Shown piece by piece: positions 39,244 through 49,020 of a stretch of 63,900 bases of DNA (its first letter is position 1; every line of letters starts with the position of its first letter). Both the position numbers and the translations under genes were made by a program. Source of the stretch: Hydrogenophilales bacterium RIFOXYD1_FULL_62_11. GTDB taxonomy: Bacteria > Pseudomonadota > Gammaproteobacteria > Burkholderiales > Thiobacillaceae. The stretch covers positions 32,117-96,016 of the forward strand of contig MGZO01000130.1 of assembly GCA_001802655.1 (NCBI GenBank), read 5' to 3'. Under the pieces are notes generated by a model. That model was not told the origin of the DNA and made no database searches. It saw nothing but the letters and a program-made list of their open reading frames with translations.

Positions 39244-39708
39244 TTATCCGCCGCCCGCAAACCCGTTCTGCCGCCACGCCTCGAACACCACCACGCTCAC
39301 CGCGTTCGACAGATTCATGCTGCGCGAGTCCGGCAGCATCGGCAGGCGCAGGCGGTGAGCGGCATCGAAACCATCGAGAACCTCGGGTGGCAGACCACGT
39401 GACTCGGGGCCGAACACGAACACATCGCCCGCCTGAAAAACAGCGTCGGCATAGTGTGCGCGGCCCTTGGTGGTGAGCGCAAACCAGCGCCGCCCGGACA
39501 ACGCCGTCTGCACCGCCGCCCAGTCCGCATGCACCTGCACGCAGGCCATGTCGTGATAATCCAGCCCGGCGCGGGCCACCTGCTTGTCGGACAGGTCGAA
39601 GCCCAGCGGCTCGACCAGATGCAACCGGCAGCCGGTGTTGGCCGCCAGGCGAATCAGGTTGCCGGTGTTGGGCGGGATTTCGGGTTGATACAAAACGATG
39701 TCAAACAT
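39244..39708 (-). CDS. trmL: tRNA (cytidine34-2'-O)-methyltransferase
   Basis: PEIPPNTGN, RAGLDY, FGPESRGL, RSMNLSN. Confidence 0.95.
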   Translation of the reverse strand: MFDIVLYQPEIPPNTGNLIRLAANTGCRLHLVEPLGFDLSDKQVARAGLDYHDMACVQVHADWAAVQTALSGRRWFALTTKGRAHYADAVFQAGDVFVFGPESRGLPPEVLDGFDAAHRLRLPMLPDSRSMNLSNAVSVVVFEAWRQNGFAGGG

Positions 39709-39751
39709 CGGCAATGACCTAAAATAATGAATCTTACGAAAGGCGCATTGT

Positions 39752-41056
39752 ATGGTTCCCTACCTCACCACTGCACTCACCGGCCCGCTGCTCGAACTGG
39801 AAAAACGCCTGCTTGACGCCCAGCCGACCATCGAGCACTGGTTTCGCCAGCAATGGCAGGAACAGTCCGCGCCGTTCTACACCTCAGTGGATATCCGCAA
39901 TGCCGGCTTCAAGCTCGCGCCGGTCGACACCAATCTGTTCCCCGGCGGCTTCAACAACCTGAACCCGGCCTTCATGTCGCTCTCCATCCATGCAGCGATG
40001 GGCGCGGTGGAAAAGATCTGCCCCGATGCGCAGCGCTTGTTGCTGATCCCAGAGAACCACACCCGCAACCTGTTCTACCTGCAAAACGTCGCCGTGCTCG
40101 CGCACATCCTGCGCCAGACCGGCCTGATCGTGCGCATCGGCACGCTGATTCCCGAGATCACCCAGCCGACGACGCTGGAACTGCCGGACGGCGGGCGGCT
40201 CACCCTGGAGCCACTGGTGCGCACGGGCGATCGCATCGGGCTGGCAGGCTTCGACCCCTGTGCCGTGCTGCTCAACAACGACCTCTCGGCCGGCGTGCCG
40301 GACATCCTCAAGGACATCGAACAAACCATCATGCCGCCGCTGCACGCGGGCTGGGCCACGCGCCGCAAGTCGCTGCATTTCAAGGCCTATCAGCATGTCG
40401 CCAGCGAGTTTTCCCGCCTGATCAACATCGACCCGTGGCTGATCGACCCCTACTTCGACCACTGCGGCAAAATCGATTTTCACCAGCGCCAGGGCGAAGA
40501 CTGCCTGGCCGAAAAGGTCGGCAAACTGCTCGACAAGATCAAGCTCAAATACGCCGAATATGGCATCGACCAGCCGCCTTTCGTCATCGTCAAGGCTGAC
40601 GCCGGCACCTACGGCATGGGCATCATGACCGTGAAGTCGCCCGATGACGTGCGCGAACTCAACCGCAAGCAGCGCAACAAAATGGCGGTCGGCAAGGAAG
40701 GCATGGACGTCAGCGAGGTGCTGATCCAGGAAGGCGTCTACACCTTCGAAAGCATCAACGACGCCATCGCCGAGCCGGTGGTCTACATGCTCGACAACTA
40801 CGTCGTCGGTGGCTTTTACCGCGTCCACACCGGGCGCGGCATCGACGAAAACCTCAACAGCCCCGGCATGCATTTCGTGCCGCTGGCGTTCGACGAAACC
40901 TGCGTCATGCCCGACCGCAGCGCCAACCCCGATGCCAGCCCGAACCGTTTTTACGCCTATGGCGTCATCGCGCGGCTGGCGATGCTGGCCGCCAGCATCG
41001 AGCTCGACGAAGCGCTCAACGCTGCCGAAAACGCCGTAGAAAACGCCGCCGCATGA
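39752..41056 (+). CDS. gshA: Glutamate--cysteine ligase (betaproteobacterial ATP-grasp type)
   Basis: PVDTNLFPGGFNNL, KADAGTYGMG; ATGA-coupled to gshB. Confidence 0.93.
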   Translation: MVPYLTTALTGPLLELEKRLLDAQPTIEHWFRQQWQEQSAPFYTSVDIRNAGFKLAPVDTNLFPGGFNNLNPAFMSLSIHAAMGAVEKICPDAQRLLLIPENHTRNLFYLQNVAVLAHILRQTGLIVRIGTLIPEITQPTTLELPDGGRLTLEPLVRTGDRIGLAGFDPCAVLLNNDLSAGVPDILKDIEQTIMPPLHAGWATRRKSLHFKAYQHVASEFSRLINIDPWLIDPYFDHCGKIDFHQRQGEDCLAEKVGKLLDKIKLKYAEYGIDQPPFVIVKADAGTYGMGIMTVKSPDDVRELNRKQRNKMAVGKEGMDVSEVLIQEGVYTFESINDAIAEPVVYMLDNYVVGGFYRVHTGRGIDENLNSPGMHFVPLAFDETCVMPDRSANPDASPNRFYAYGVIARLAMLAASIELDEALNAAENAVENAAA

Positions 41057-42006
41057 AACTGCTGTTCATCGTCGACCCGCTGGCCGGACTCAAGCCGTAC
41101 AAGGACTCGAGCGTGGCCATGATGCGCGCAGCCGTCGCGCGGGGCCATGCCGTCTACACGACCGAAGCGCGCCAGCTCGATGTGCAGGACGGCCACAGCC
41201 ACGCCGCCTGCAGCACGCTCGACATACGCGCGGACGACGACTGGTATCGCGTGACCGAAACCCGCGACTGGCTGCTGAAGAATTTTGACGCCGTGGTGAT
41301 GCGCACCGACCCGCCAGTCGACACCGATTACCTGCTCGCCACCCATCTGCTCAGCATTGCCGAAAGCAACGGCGCACGCGTGCTGAACCGCCCGGCGTGC
41401 CTGCGCGACTTCAACGAAAAACTCGCCATCCTGAGTTTCCCGCGCTTCATCGCGCCCACCCGGGTGTCGGCCGACGCGACCCAGATCGGCGACTTCCTCG
41501 CCGAGCATGACGACATCATCGTCAAGCCGCTGACCGAAATGGGCGGCAGCGGCATCTTCCGCCTGACATTGGCCGACCCCAATCGTAACGCCATTCTGGA
41601 AACGCTTACCCGGCATGGCCGCCGCGCCATCATGGCGCAGCGCTACCTGCCGGCAATCAAGGACGGCGACAAACGGATCCTGCTGATCAACGGCGAAGTC
41701 GTGCCGTGGGCGCTTGCGCGCATCCCCAAGGCGGGCGAAACGCGCGGCAATCTCGCCGCCGGCGGAACCGCGCGCGCACAACCGCTGTCGACACACGACC
41801 GCGAAATCGCCGAAACCATCGCGCCGTGGGCAAAAGACAACGGCATCTTCCTTGCCGGCCTCGACGTGATTGGCGACTGCCTGACCGAAATCAACGTCAC
41901 CAGCCCGACCGGGTTTCAGGAAATCGCGGCGCAGACGGGACATGACGTGGCGATGCAGTTCATCGCCGCGATTGAACGTGGTCATTTCGCCACGATTCGC
42001 ACTTGA
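41053..42006 (+). CDS. gshB: Glutathione synthetase
   Basis: MRTDPP, NEKL, GDKRILLI, RGNLAAGG, TEINVTSPT. Confidence 0.96.
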   Translation: MKLLFIVDPLAGLKPYKDSSVAMMRAAVARGHAVYTTEARQLDVQDGHSHAACSTLDIRADDDWYRVTETRDWLLKNFDAVVMRTDPPVDTDYLLATHLLSIAESNGARVLNRPACLRDFNEKLAILSFPRFIAPTRVSADATQIGDFLAEHDDIIVKPLTEMGGSGIFRLTLADPNRNAILETLTRHGRRAIMAQRYLPAIKDGDKRILLINGEVVPWALARIPKAGETRGNLAAGGTARAQPLSTHDREIAETIAPWAKDNGIFLAGLDVIGDCLTEINVTSPTGFQEIAAQTGHDVAMQFIAAIERGHFATIRT

Positions 42007-42014
42007 GGCCAGGT

Positions 42015-43013
42015 ATGCGCCCGGCGCAGACCACCCTGTGGTTTCTGCTGTCATGGATGCTCACCGCCTGCAGCCCACCGCCACTGGTTCAGCAGCAGTC
42101 TTATGTATTCGGCACGCTGGTCGAGATCACCATCTACGGCGCGCCTGAAACGCAAGCCAGGCAGGCAACAGCAGCCGTCCTGGCGCGCTTCGACACGCTG
42201 CATCAGCAACTGCACGCCTGGCAACCCAGCGCGTTGTCCCGCCTCAATACGACGCTGGCCCAAGGCGAGCGCGCCACCGTTACGCCCGAACTCGCGATGA
42301 TGCTGCGCGATGCACAGACACTCTCGACCCAGTCCGGCGACCGGTTCAACCCGGCCATCGGCGGTCTGATCGCGCTGTGGGGCTTTCATGCCGACACGCC
42401 GCAATCGCGCGTGCCGGACACCGCTGCAATTGCCGGGTGGGTGAAGCGGCAGCCACGCATGGGCGACCTGCATATCGAAGCCAGCCAGGTCTGGAGCGAC
42501 AACCCGGCAGTGCAACTTGACCTCGGCGGCTACGCCAAGGGCCGCGCGCTGGACGACGCCGTGGCGATCCTGAAACAGCACGGGATCCAGAATGCGCTGA
42601 TAAACATCGGCGGCAACGTCATTGCCCTGGGCCAACATGGCGAGCGCCCATGGCGCGTCGGCATCCAGCATCCGCGCCAGCCGGGCACGCTGGCGACGCT
42701 GGATTTGCGTGACGGTGAAGCGATCGGCACCTCGGGCGATTACCAACGCTATTTCGAGGTCGGTGGGCAGCGCTATTGCCATGTAATCGATCCACGTAGC
42801 GGCTGGCCCGCCAGCGGGATGCAGTCGGTAACGGTGCTCGTGACCGGCGACCGGGCCGGCACGCGCTCGGACGCGTTGTCCAAGCCGCTGTTCATCGGCG
42901 GCGCGGCAGGCCTGGCAAAAACGGCAGCCCGACTCAACGTCAGCGACTATCTGGCGGTGATTGGCAACGGACAAATGCAGGTCTCGGCGGCGATGCAGGC
43001 CCGCCTTCGCTAG
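42015..43013 (+). CDS. apbE: FAD:protein FMN transferase (lipoprotein)
   Basis: LTAC lipobox, DLGGYAKG, TSGDYQRY, HVIDPRSG. Confidence 0.9.
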   Translation: MRPAQTTLWFLLSWMLTACSPPPLVQQQSYVFGTLVEITIYGAPETQARQATAAVLARFDTLHQQLHAWQPSALSRLNTTLAQGERATVTPELAMMLRDAQTLSTQSGDRFNPAIGGLIALWGFHADTPQSRVPDTAAIAGWVKRQPRMGDLHIEASQVWSDNPAVQLDLGGYAKGRALDDAVAILKQHGIQNALINIGGNVIALGQHGERPWRVGIQHPRQPGTLATLDLRDGEAIGTSGDYQRYFEVGGQRYCHVIDPRSGWPASGMQSVTVLVTGDRAGTRSDALSKPLFIGGAAGLAKTAARLNVSDYLAVIGNGQMQVSAAMQARLR

Positions 43014-43042
43014 AATGCTGCTTTTGGTCTGACGCATACACA

Positions 43043-43459
43043 ATGATAGGCATCCTTATCGTCGCCCACGGCTCGCTCGCCGATAGTCTGGTCGAGTGCG
43101 CAACGCATGTTCTGGGTCAGCAGCCGCGTGGATTGGCCACGCTGGATTTCATCGGCCATGCCGATCCGGACGAGCGACAGAAGGCGTTGCAGGCACGGCT
43201 AGCCGAACTGGATGAGGGCGAAGGCATTCTGGTGCTGACCGACGTCTACGGCGCCACGCCCAGCAACACGCTGTGCCGGCTGCTCGAACCTACCCACATC
43301 GAAGGCGTGTCCGGCGTCAATCTGCCGATGCTGCTCAAGGCGCTGAATTACCGCGACACGCTGAGTTTGCCGCAGCTCGTTTTGCGCATCGTCGAAGGCG
43401 GCCGCAATAGCATCAATCATATTTCCGAGGGTATGTGCGATGCAGCAAAGGGACGTTGA
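43043..43459 (+). CDS. PTS EIIA, mannose family
   Basis: LIVAHG, TDVYGATPSN, GVNLPML. Confidence 0.92.
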   Translation: MIGILIVAHGSLADSLVECATHVLGQQPRGLATLDFIGHADPDERQKALQARLAELDEGEGILVLTDVYGATPSNTLCRLLEPTHIEGVSGVNLPMLLKALNYRDTLSLPQLVLRIVEGGRNSINHISEGMCDAAKGR

Positions 43460-43709
43460 AATCGTCAACAAGCTCGGACTGCATGCGCGTCCGTCTGCCA
43501 AGCTCACCCAGCTCACCTCGGGCTTCAAGAGCCAGGTGTTCATGACGCGCAACGGTCGCCGCATCAATGCCAAAAGCATCATGGGCGTGATGATGCTGGC
43601 GGCGGCAAAGGGTAGCGTGATCACGCTCGAAACTGAGGGCGAGGACGAGGTTGCCGCGATGGATGCGCTGGTCGAACTGATCTCCAGTGGCTTTGGGGAA
43701 GAACGATGA
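43440..43709 (+). CDS. ptsH: Phosphocarrier HPr
   Basis: GLHARPSA (His15), KSIMGVM (Ser46). Confidence 0.95.
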   Translation: MQQRDVEIVNKLGLHARPSAKLTQLTSGFKSQVFMTRNGRRINAKSIMGVMMLAAAKGSVITLETEGEDEVAAMDALVELISSGFGEER

Positions 43710-45430
43710 GCTTTTCCCTGCATGGCATCGGCGTATCCGGTGGCATCGCCATCGGCTACGCCCACATCACGTCGAGTGCGCGCGTCGAAGTCCCGCAATA
43801 CATGCTGGATCGCCAATATATTGACGAGGAACTGGCGCGCTTCGACGCTGCCATCCTCACCACCCGTGCCGAGCTCGAAACGCTGCGCACCCATATCCCG
43901 GCGCACGCGCCAGCCGAGCTGTCGGCGTTTCTCGACATGCACCTGATGTTCCTCGGCGACTCGACCATCGCCGAGGAGCCCAAGCGTCTGATCCGGGAAA
44001 CGCAATGCAATGCAGAGTGGGCGCTAGCGCAACAAATGGAAGCCCTGGTGGCGCGCTTCGAAGAAATCGAGGATCCCTATCTGCGCAGCCGTCAGGACGA
44101 CGTGGTGCAGGTGGTGCAGCGCGTGCTCAAGGTGTTGCTTGGCCACCCCAGCCATTTGCCACTGGACGTCAACTTTGACGAGGAACGCATTCTGGTCGCC
44201 CACGAGTTGTCGCCGGCCGACATGATCCTGTTCAAAAGCGTGCGCTTCGCCGCCTTCATCACAGATCTCGGCGGCACCACTTCACACACGGCAATCCTTG
44301 CGCGCAGCATGGCGATTCCGTCTGTCATGGCGCTGCACAATGCGCGTGGACTCATCCGCGATCACGACCTGCTGATCGTCGATGGCCGCGATGGCGTAGT
44401 CATCGTCAACCCGGACGAATCCGCGCTCGCCGAATACCGGCTGCGGCAAAACCAGTGGCGCATCGATACCGAGAAGCTCAAACGCCTGAAGACCAGCAAA
44501 TCGGCCACGCTCGACGGTACACCCATCGCCTTGATGGCAAACATCGAACTGCTCACCGATCTCGATGCAGTCCAAGCGGCTGGCGCGCACGGAATCGGCC
44601 TGTTCCGCAGCGAATTCATGTTTCTCAACCGCAGCGATCTGCCGAGCGAAGAAGAACAGTACGAATTTTATAAAACGGTGACCGAGTCGCTCGACGGCAA
44701 ACCGGTCACGATCCGCACCCTTGATCTGGGTGCCGACAAACAGGCACCGTGGGGGCATTCGGTTGCCGACAACCCCGCGCTGGGCCTGCGCGCCATCCGT
44801 TTGTGTCTGGCCGAACCGGGGCTGTTCCAGACGCAGCTGCGGGCCATTCTGCGCGCCTCGCACCACGGTCGGGTGAACATCCTGATCCCCATGCTGGCCA
44901 GTTTCATCGAGTTGCGCCAGACCCTGCAGCACATCGACGCAGCCAAGGCCGCATTACGTAAAGACGGCCTGAAGTTCGACGAAAGCATTGCCATCGGCGG
45001 CATGATCGAAGTGCCCGCTGCCGCCTTGTCAGCCGGTTTTTTTGCCGAGCAGCTGGACTTCCTGTCGATCGGCACCAACGACCTGATCCAGTACACGCTG
45101 GCGATTGACCGCGCCGACGACAGCGTGGCGCATCTCTACGACCCGCTGCATCCTGCGGTGCTCAACCTGATCCAGCACACCATCCGCGCCGGCACCAAAG
45201 CCGGCAAGCCGGTGTCGGTTTGCGGTGAAATGGCAGGAGACCCGCTGTTGACGCGCCTGCTGCTGGGACTGGGATTGCGCTCGTTTTCAATGCAGCCAGC
45301 GAGCCTGCTGCAGGTCAAGCAGCAGGTGCTGAAAGCGCAAATTGAAGAGTTGACGCCACTGACGCAGCGCTTGCTGAAAAACACCGACCCCGACAAGACC
45401 TCGCAGTTGCTGAGTCGCCTCAACAGCTAG
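43706..45430 (+). CDS. ptsI: PTS enzyme I
   Basis: GGTTSHTAILARS, GLFRSEF, SIGTNDLIQY, CGEMAG. Confidence 0.96.
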   Translation: MSFSLHGIGVSGGIAIGYAHITSSARVEVPQYMLDRQYIDEELARFDAAILTTRAELETLRTHIPAHAPAELSAFLDMHLMFLGDSTIAEEPKRLIRETQCNAEWALAQQMEALVARFEEIEDPYLRSRQDDVVQVVQRVLKVLLGHPSHLPLDVNFDEERILVAHELSPADMILFKSVRFAAFITDLGGTTSHTAILARSMAIPSVMALHNARGLIRDHDLLIVDGRDGVVIVNPDESALAEYRLRQNQWRIDTEKLKRLKTSKSATLDGTPIALMANIELLTDLDAVQAAGAHGIGLFRSEFMFLNRSDLPSEEEQYEFYKTVTESLDGKPVTIRTLDLGADKQAPWGHSVADNPALGLRAIRLCLAEPGLFQTQLRAILRASHHGRVNILIPMLASFIELRQTLQHIDAAKAALRKDGLKFDESIAIGGMIEVPAAALSAGFFAEQLDFLSIGTNDLIQYTLAIDRADDSVAHLYDPLHPAVLNLIQHTIRAGTKAGKPVSVCGEMAGDPLLTRLLLGLGLRSFSMQPASLLQVKQQVLKAQIEELTPLTQRLLKNTDPDKTSQLLSRLNS

Positions 45431-45444
45431 AGCGGGCCGCCGGA

Positions 45445-47349
45445 TTACGCGACCAGCTGCGCGGCGATGCGCGCAAGCGCTACCTTATCGTGGCGCATGT
45501 TGCTGATGTCCTGTTTGATTTGCGCCATGCGGCTGTGCAGCGTGCCCATGTTTTCCAGGATGCGCTGCAGGCTGTTGAGCCGCGTGTCGAGATATTGCTT
45601 GTGCTCGCGGATGCGCGTCATGACGGGATCAAGCGCGATCCGCAACCAGCGCTCTGCCTCGGTTCGTGCCAGATTGAACGCCTGGCGCGCCTCGACTGCG
45701 AGACCGGCATAAAACCGCCGGATCATGAAATTCTTTTCCAGCAACAAGTTGGCGGGATCACGGCAGAATGCATCGGTCTCCAGCATCAAGGTTTTCAGGC
45801 GATTGCGATACGCGCCCAAATCCAGTCGGGGAACCTGCATCTTGGGCAGGTGATGATCGCGATGAAAGCGGACATACGCCCGATCCAGCGTTTCCAGCAT
45901 GCTGTCGGCCATCCTGGTGGCATGCTCCAGCCGATCATTCATCTGCTCGCTCAACTGGCGAATCCCGCCAGTCAGTCCACGGGTGGTCAAACTGCCTTCC
46001 ATGGCTGCGCGCCCGGCCTTGCAAATCCCGTCCAGCGTGTCCTCCGACAAATTCGCCAGTAACTGTTCACCCTGTGCCTGCACCATTTTGCGGGTGACCC
46101 GGAACTGCACCGCCGTGGCGTCGTAGCTGTCTTTTTCCTGTTGCAGGCTGGCGCGCGTCTGCTCGATCAACTCACGATTCTTGCCGGATAGCTGGGTCAA
46201 CTGAACCAGTTCATCGCTGCTGCGCTTGAGCCGCGCGTCGAGATCGGTCCGGCTTTCATCCAGCGACCCCAGCACCTCATGGCTGACCGCGTGGTGCAGC
46301 AAGTCGCGTCGCGACGGAATCACCTGATGCGCCAGCAGATACTCCAGCGACTCGATGCCCGAGCGCACGCGCAGGGCCGGGTCATTGCGGATGGTGGCCA
46401 CCAGCGCCTTTTGCGCCGACACGGCAAACACCCGGCTGCGCGGCAACTTCAGCACGCGCCCCGTCTCCTCGGCCTGACGCTCAATCGCGGCCTGAACTTC
46501 AGCATCGCTCTTGAGTTCGTCCCACAGCATGTCGATCTTGTTCAGCACCGCTACGTGATAGTTGGCATGACGATGCACATGCTTCTGCCAGATTTCCAGA
46601 TCCGAGCGCGTCACCCCGGTATCCGTCGCCAGCAAGAACATCACCGCATGCGCGTTGGGAATCACCGACAGGGTGAGCTCGGGCTCCGCCCCCAACGCAT
46701 TGAGTCCCGGTGTGTCCAGAATAATCAGACCGGCCTGCAATAACGGATGCGGGTAATTGACCAGGGCATAGCGCCAGGCCGGCACTTCAACCGTGCCGTC
46801 CGGGCGCAACTGATGCCGCTCGCTGGCGTCCTCCCCGTTCCATAGTCCGAGCTCGATGGCTTCCACTGCCGGCATTGGCCGGGTTTCGGTGAGTTTTTTC
46901 AGGCTCTGCTGCATCTGGCGCGGATCGTTCGGGTCAAGCGCGATCCGGCACCACTCGATGGGCATGTGCTTGAGGCTGGACAGCGACTCGTCACGCCGCC
47001 GCGTCTCGATCGGGAGCAGGCTAAGGCTGGGTGCTTCACCCGGGTTGAAGAAGAGTTCGGTCGGACACATGGTGGTGCGCCCCGCTTCGGATGGCAGCAA
47101 ACGCTGACCCTGATCGGCAAAGAACAGGGCATTGATGAGCTCGGTTTTTCCGCGCGAGAATTCGGCGACAAAGGCCACCACCAGCTTGTCCTGGCGCAGC
47201 CCGGCCGCTGCATCGGTCAGGCGCAGCGAACGTTCGGCATCAATCCCGTGCTGTTGATCCAGCCAGTTGGAATAGTCCGTAATCGCGTTCGCCAGACGCA
47301 AACGCCGTTCACTGAAGTCGGCGACTTCCTGTTCCAGATGGACACTCAT
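45445..47349 (-). CDS. Bacterial dynamin-like GTPase
   Basis: G1 AEFSRGKT, G2 GRTT, G3 DTPG, G4 NKID, helical stalk. Confidence 0.85.
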   Translation of the reverse strand: MSVHLEQEVADFSERRLRLANAITDYSNWLDQQHGIDAERSLRLTDAAAGLRQDKLVVAFVAEFSRGKTELINALFFADQGQRLLPSEAGRTTMCPTELFFNPGEAPSLSLLPIETRRRDESLSSLKHMPIEWCRIALDPNDPRQMQQSLKKLTETRPMPAVEAIELGLWNGEDASERHQLRPDGTVEVPAWRYALVNYPHPLLQAGLIILDTPGLNALGAEPELTLSVIPNAHAVMFLLATDTGVTRSDLEIWQKHVHRHANYHVAVLNKIDMLWDELKSDAEVQAAIERQAEETGRVLKLPRSRVFAVSAQKALVATIRNDPALRVRSGIESLEYLLAHQVIPSRRDLLHHAVSHEVLGSLDESRTDLDARLKRSSDELVQLTQLSGKNRELIEQTRASLQQEKDSYDATAVQFRVTRKMVQAQGEQLLANLSEDTLDGICKAGRAAMEGSLTTRGLTGGIRQLSEQMNDRLEHATRMADSMLETLDRAYVRFHRDHHLPKMQVPRLDLGAYRNRLKTLMLETDAFCRDPANLLLEKNFMIRRFYAGLAVEARQAFNLARTEAERWLRIALDPVMTRIREHKQYLDTRLNSLQRILENMGTLHSRMAQIKQDISNMRHDKVALARIAAQLVA

Positions 47350-47399
47350 GTTGGGCTATTATTTTCCAATTTATGCTAGGGCGTATTGTCACAACACTC

Positions 47400-47630
47400 G
47401 TCTGCCGTTTTTTTTTTGCGCGATGACCACGGCGCACTGGCCGCACCGCCGATTCAGGTACGACCCGGTGCGCAGCCAGGAAACAGGCCGCATTCGCCTT
47501 GTTATCGACTTCTGGCGTGGCGACTTTAATTTCAGGCAGCCCATCGTGCCGCCCCCCATGGCCAAGGCTGTTCCCCCGTGTTGCAGCTGCATCCAGCAAC
47601 CACGCGTCCCATTGCGACGCTGCCAGTCGG
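47400..47630 (-). pseudogene. yggU: Frameshifted DUF167 (YggU) pseudogene
   Basis: GRHDG..IKVA.PEVDNKANAA.FLA...VPESAV spread over several frames, no start codon; follows yggT. Confidence 0.7.
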
Positions 47631-47632
47631 GT

Positions 47633-48208
47633 TCAGAGTGCGCCAAGAAGCGCTTGCTCGGCCGCCATGATTGGCACCATCAAAACCAGCTGGCACAGAA
47701 TGAACAGCACGATCGGCGTCAGATCGACGTTCGCCACCATCGGCACAATCCGCCGTAGTGGACGCAAAAACGGCTCGGACAGTTCATAAACGACGGGCGC
47801 CAACGGTGAGTTAGTGTTTACCCACGACAGCACTGCACGCGCCACGGTAATACCGATGATCATGTAGACCGTCAGGCTCAGCAGCCGCACCACAGCCAGC
47901 CCCAGCATCACCGGCCACACCTTGCCGCCCGCGAGCGCGAAGGGAAAATCATTCAGCCAGTACCCGGTCGCCACCACGGCAAACTCAACCAGCAAGGCCA
48001 GCAGCAGACACGCCCAGTCGAGGCCGAAAAAACCCGGCACCACGCGGCGCAGCGGCTTCACCGCAAAATCGGTCAAGGCGACGATGAATTGGGCAAAGGG
48101 GTTGCGAAAAGGCACCCGGAACAGCTGCATCATGAAGCGCAACAGCACCGCAATCACGAACAGATTGCCGAGTGTCTGGATCAGAAAGGCCAGCGCACCT
48201 GAAATCAT
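47633..48208 (-). CDS. yggT: YggT family membrane protein
   Basis: Two YGGT repeats (NPFAQFIVALT..VKPLRR; EPFLRPLRR...DLTP). Confidence 0.92.
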   Translation of the reverse strand: MISGALAFLIQTLGNLFVIAVLLRFMMQLFRVPFRNPFAQFIVALTDFAVKPLRRVVPGFFGLDWACLLLALLVEFAVVATGYWLNDFPFALAGGKVWPVMLGLAVVRLLSLTVYMIIGITVARAVLSWVNTNSPLAPVVYELSEPFLRPLRRIVPMVANVDLTPIVLFILCQLVLMVPIMAAEQALLGAL

Positions 48209-49020
48209 GCCAGGCGCCCCAGTTCGTCACCCAGCTCGGCGCTGCGACGGCTGGCCGCATCCACCGCTTGGGCGAAGGCGGGCTTGACCGCTGCCGCCTC
48301 CAGCGCGGCAATGCCGCGCTCGGTGGTGCCGCCCTTGGAGGTCACGCGGCTACGCAGCAATGCCGGTTCCTCACCCGATTCCAGCGCCAGTTTGGCCGCG
48401 CCAAAAAAGGTTTGCAGCGCCAGCTGGCGCGCGGTAGCGGGTGACAGCCCCTGCGCCACCGCCGCCGCTTCCAGCGACTCGATGCAATAGAACACATAGG
48501 CCGGACCGCTGCCCGACACCGCCGTCACCGCATCCAGCTGGGTTTCGCTCTCCACCCACACGACGCCGCCCACAGCGCGCAGCACCATTTCGGCTTGCGA
48601 GCGCGCGTCCTGGTTGACGGCGGCCGGCGCGTACAGTCCGGCAATCCCGGCCTGCACCAGGGCAGGGGTGTTGGGCATGGCGCGAACAACTCGGCCATGG
48701 CCGCCCAGCCAGCGGCTGAGATCCGCCACCCGCACCCCAGCAGCAATCGAAATCACCAGTTGGGTCGAAAGACGCGTAGCCAGCCCGGCCGCCACCTCGG
48801 GCAGGGATTGCGGTTTGACTGCCAGCACGATCAAGCCATGCAGCCGTGCCTGCGCCAGATCGGTATGCGTTTCCACGCCAAAGCGTGCGGCCAACTGCCC
48901 CCGCGCATCGGCGTTGATTTCCACCACCTCGATATCGGTCGGCTGCGCGCCGCTGGCGATCAAGCCACCGATGATGGCTGCGGCCATGTTGCCGCCGCCG
49001 ATGAAACTGACTTTATGCAT
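48205..49020 (-). CDS. proC: Pyrroline-5-carboxylate reductase
   Basis: FIGGGNM, RAMPNTP, SGSGPAY, VTSKGGTT. Confidence 0.96.
   Translation of the reverse strand: MHKVSFIGGGNMAAAIIGGLIASGAQPTDIEVVEINADARGQLAARFGVETHTDLAQARLHGLIVLAVKPQSLPEVAAGLATRLSTQLVISIAAGVRVADLSRWLGGHGRVVRAMPNTPALVQAGIAGLYAPAAVNQDARSQAEMVLRAVGGVVWVESETQLDAVTAVSGSGPAYVFYCIESLEAAAVAQGLSPATARQLALQTFFGAAKLALESGEEPALLRSRVTSKGGTTERGIAALEAAAVKPAFAQAVDAASRRSAELGDELGRLA

Noticed and set aside
47389-47646. 85-aa ORF downstream of yggT
   Set aside because: Better explained as one frame of the yggU pseudogene.
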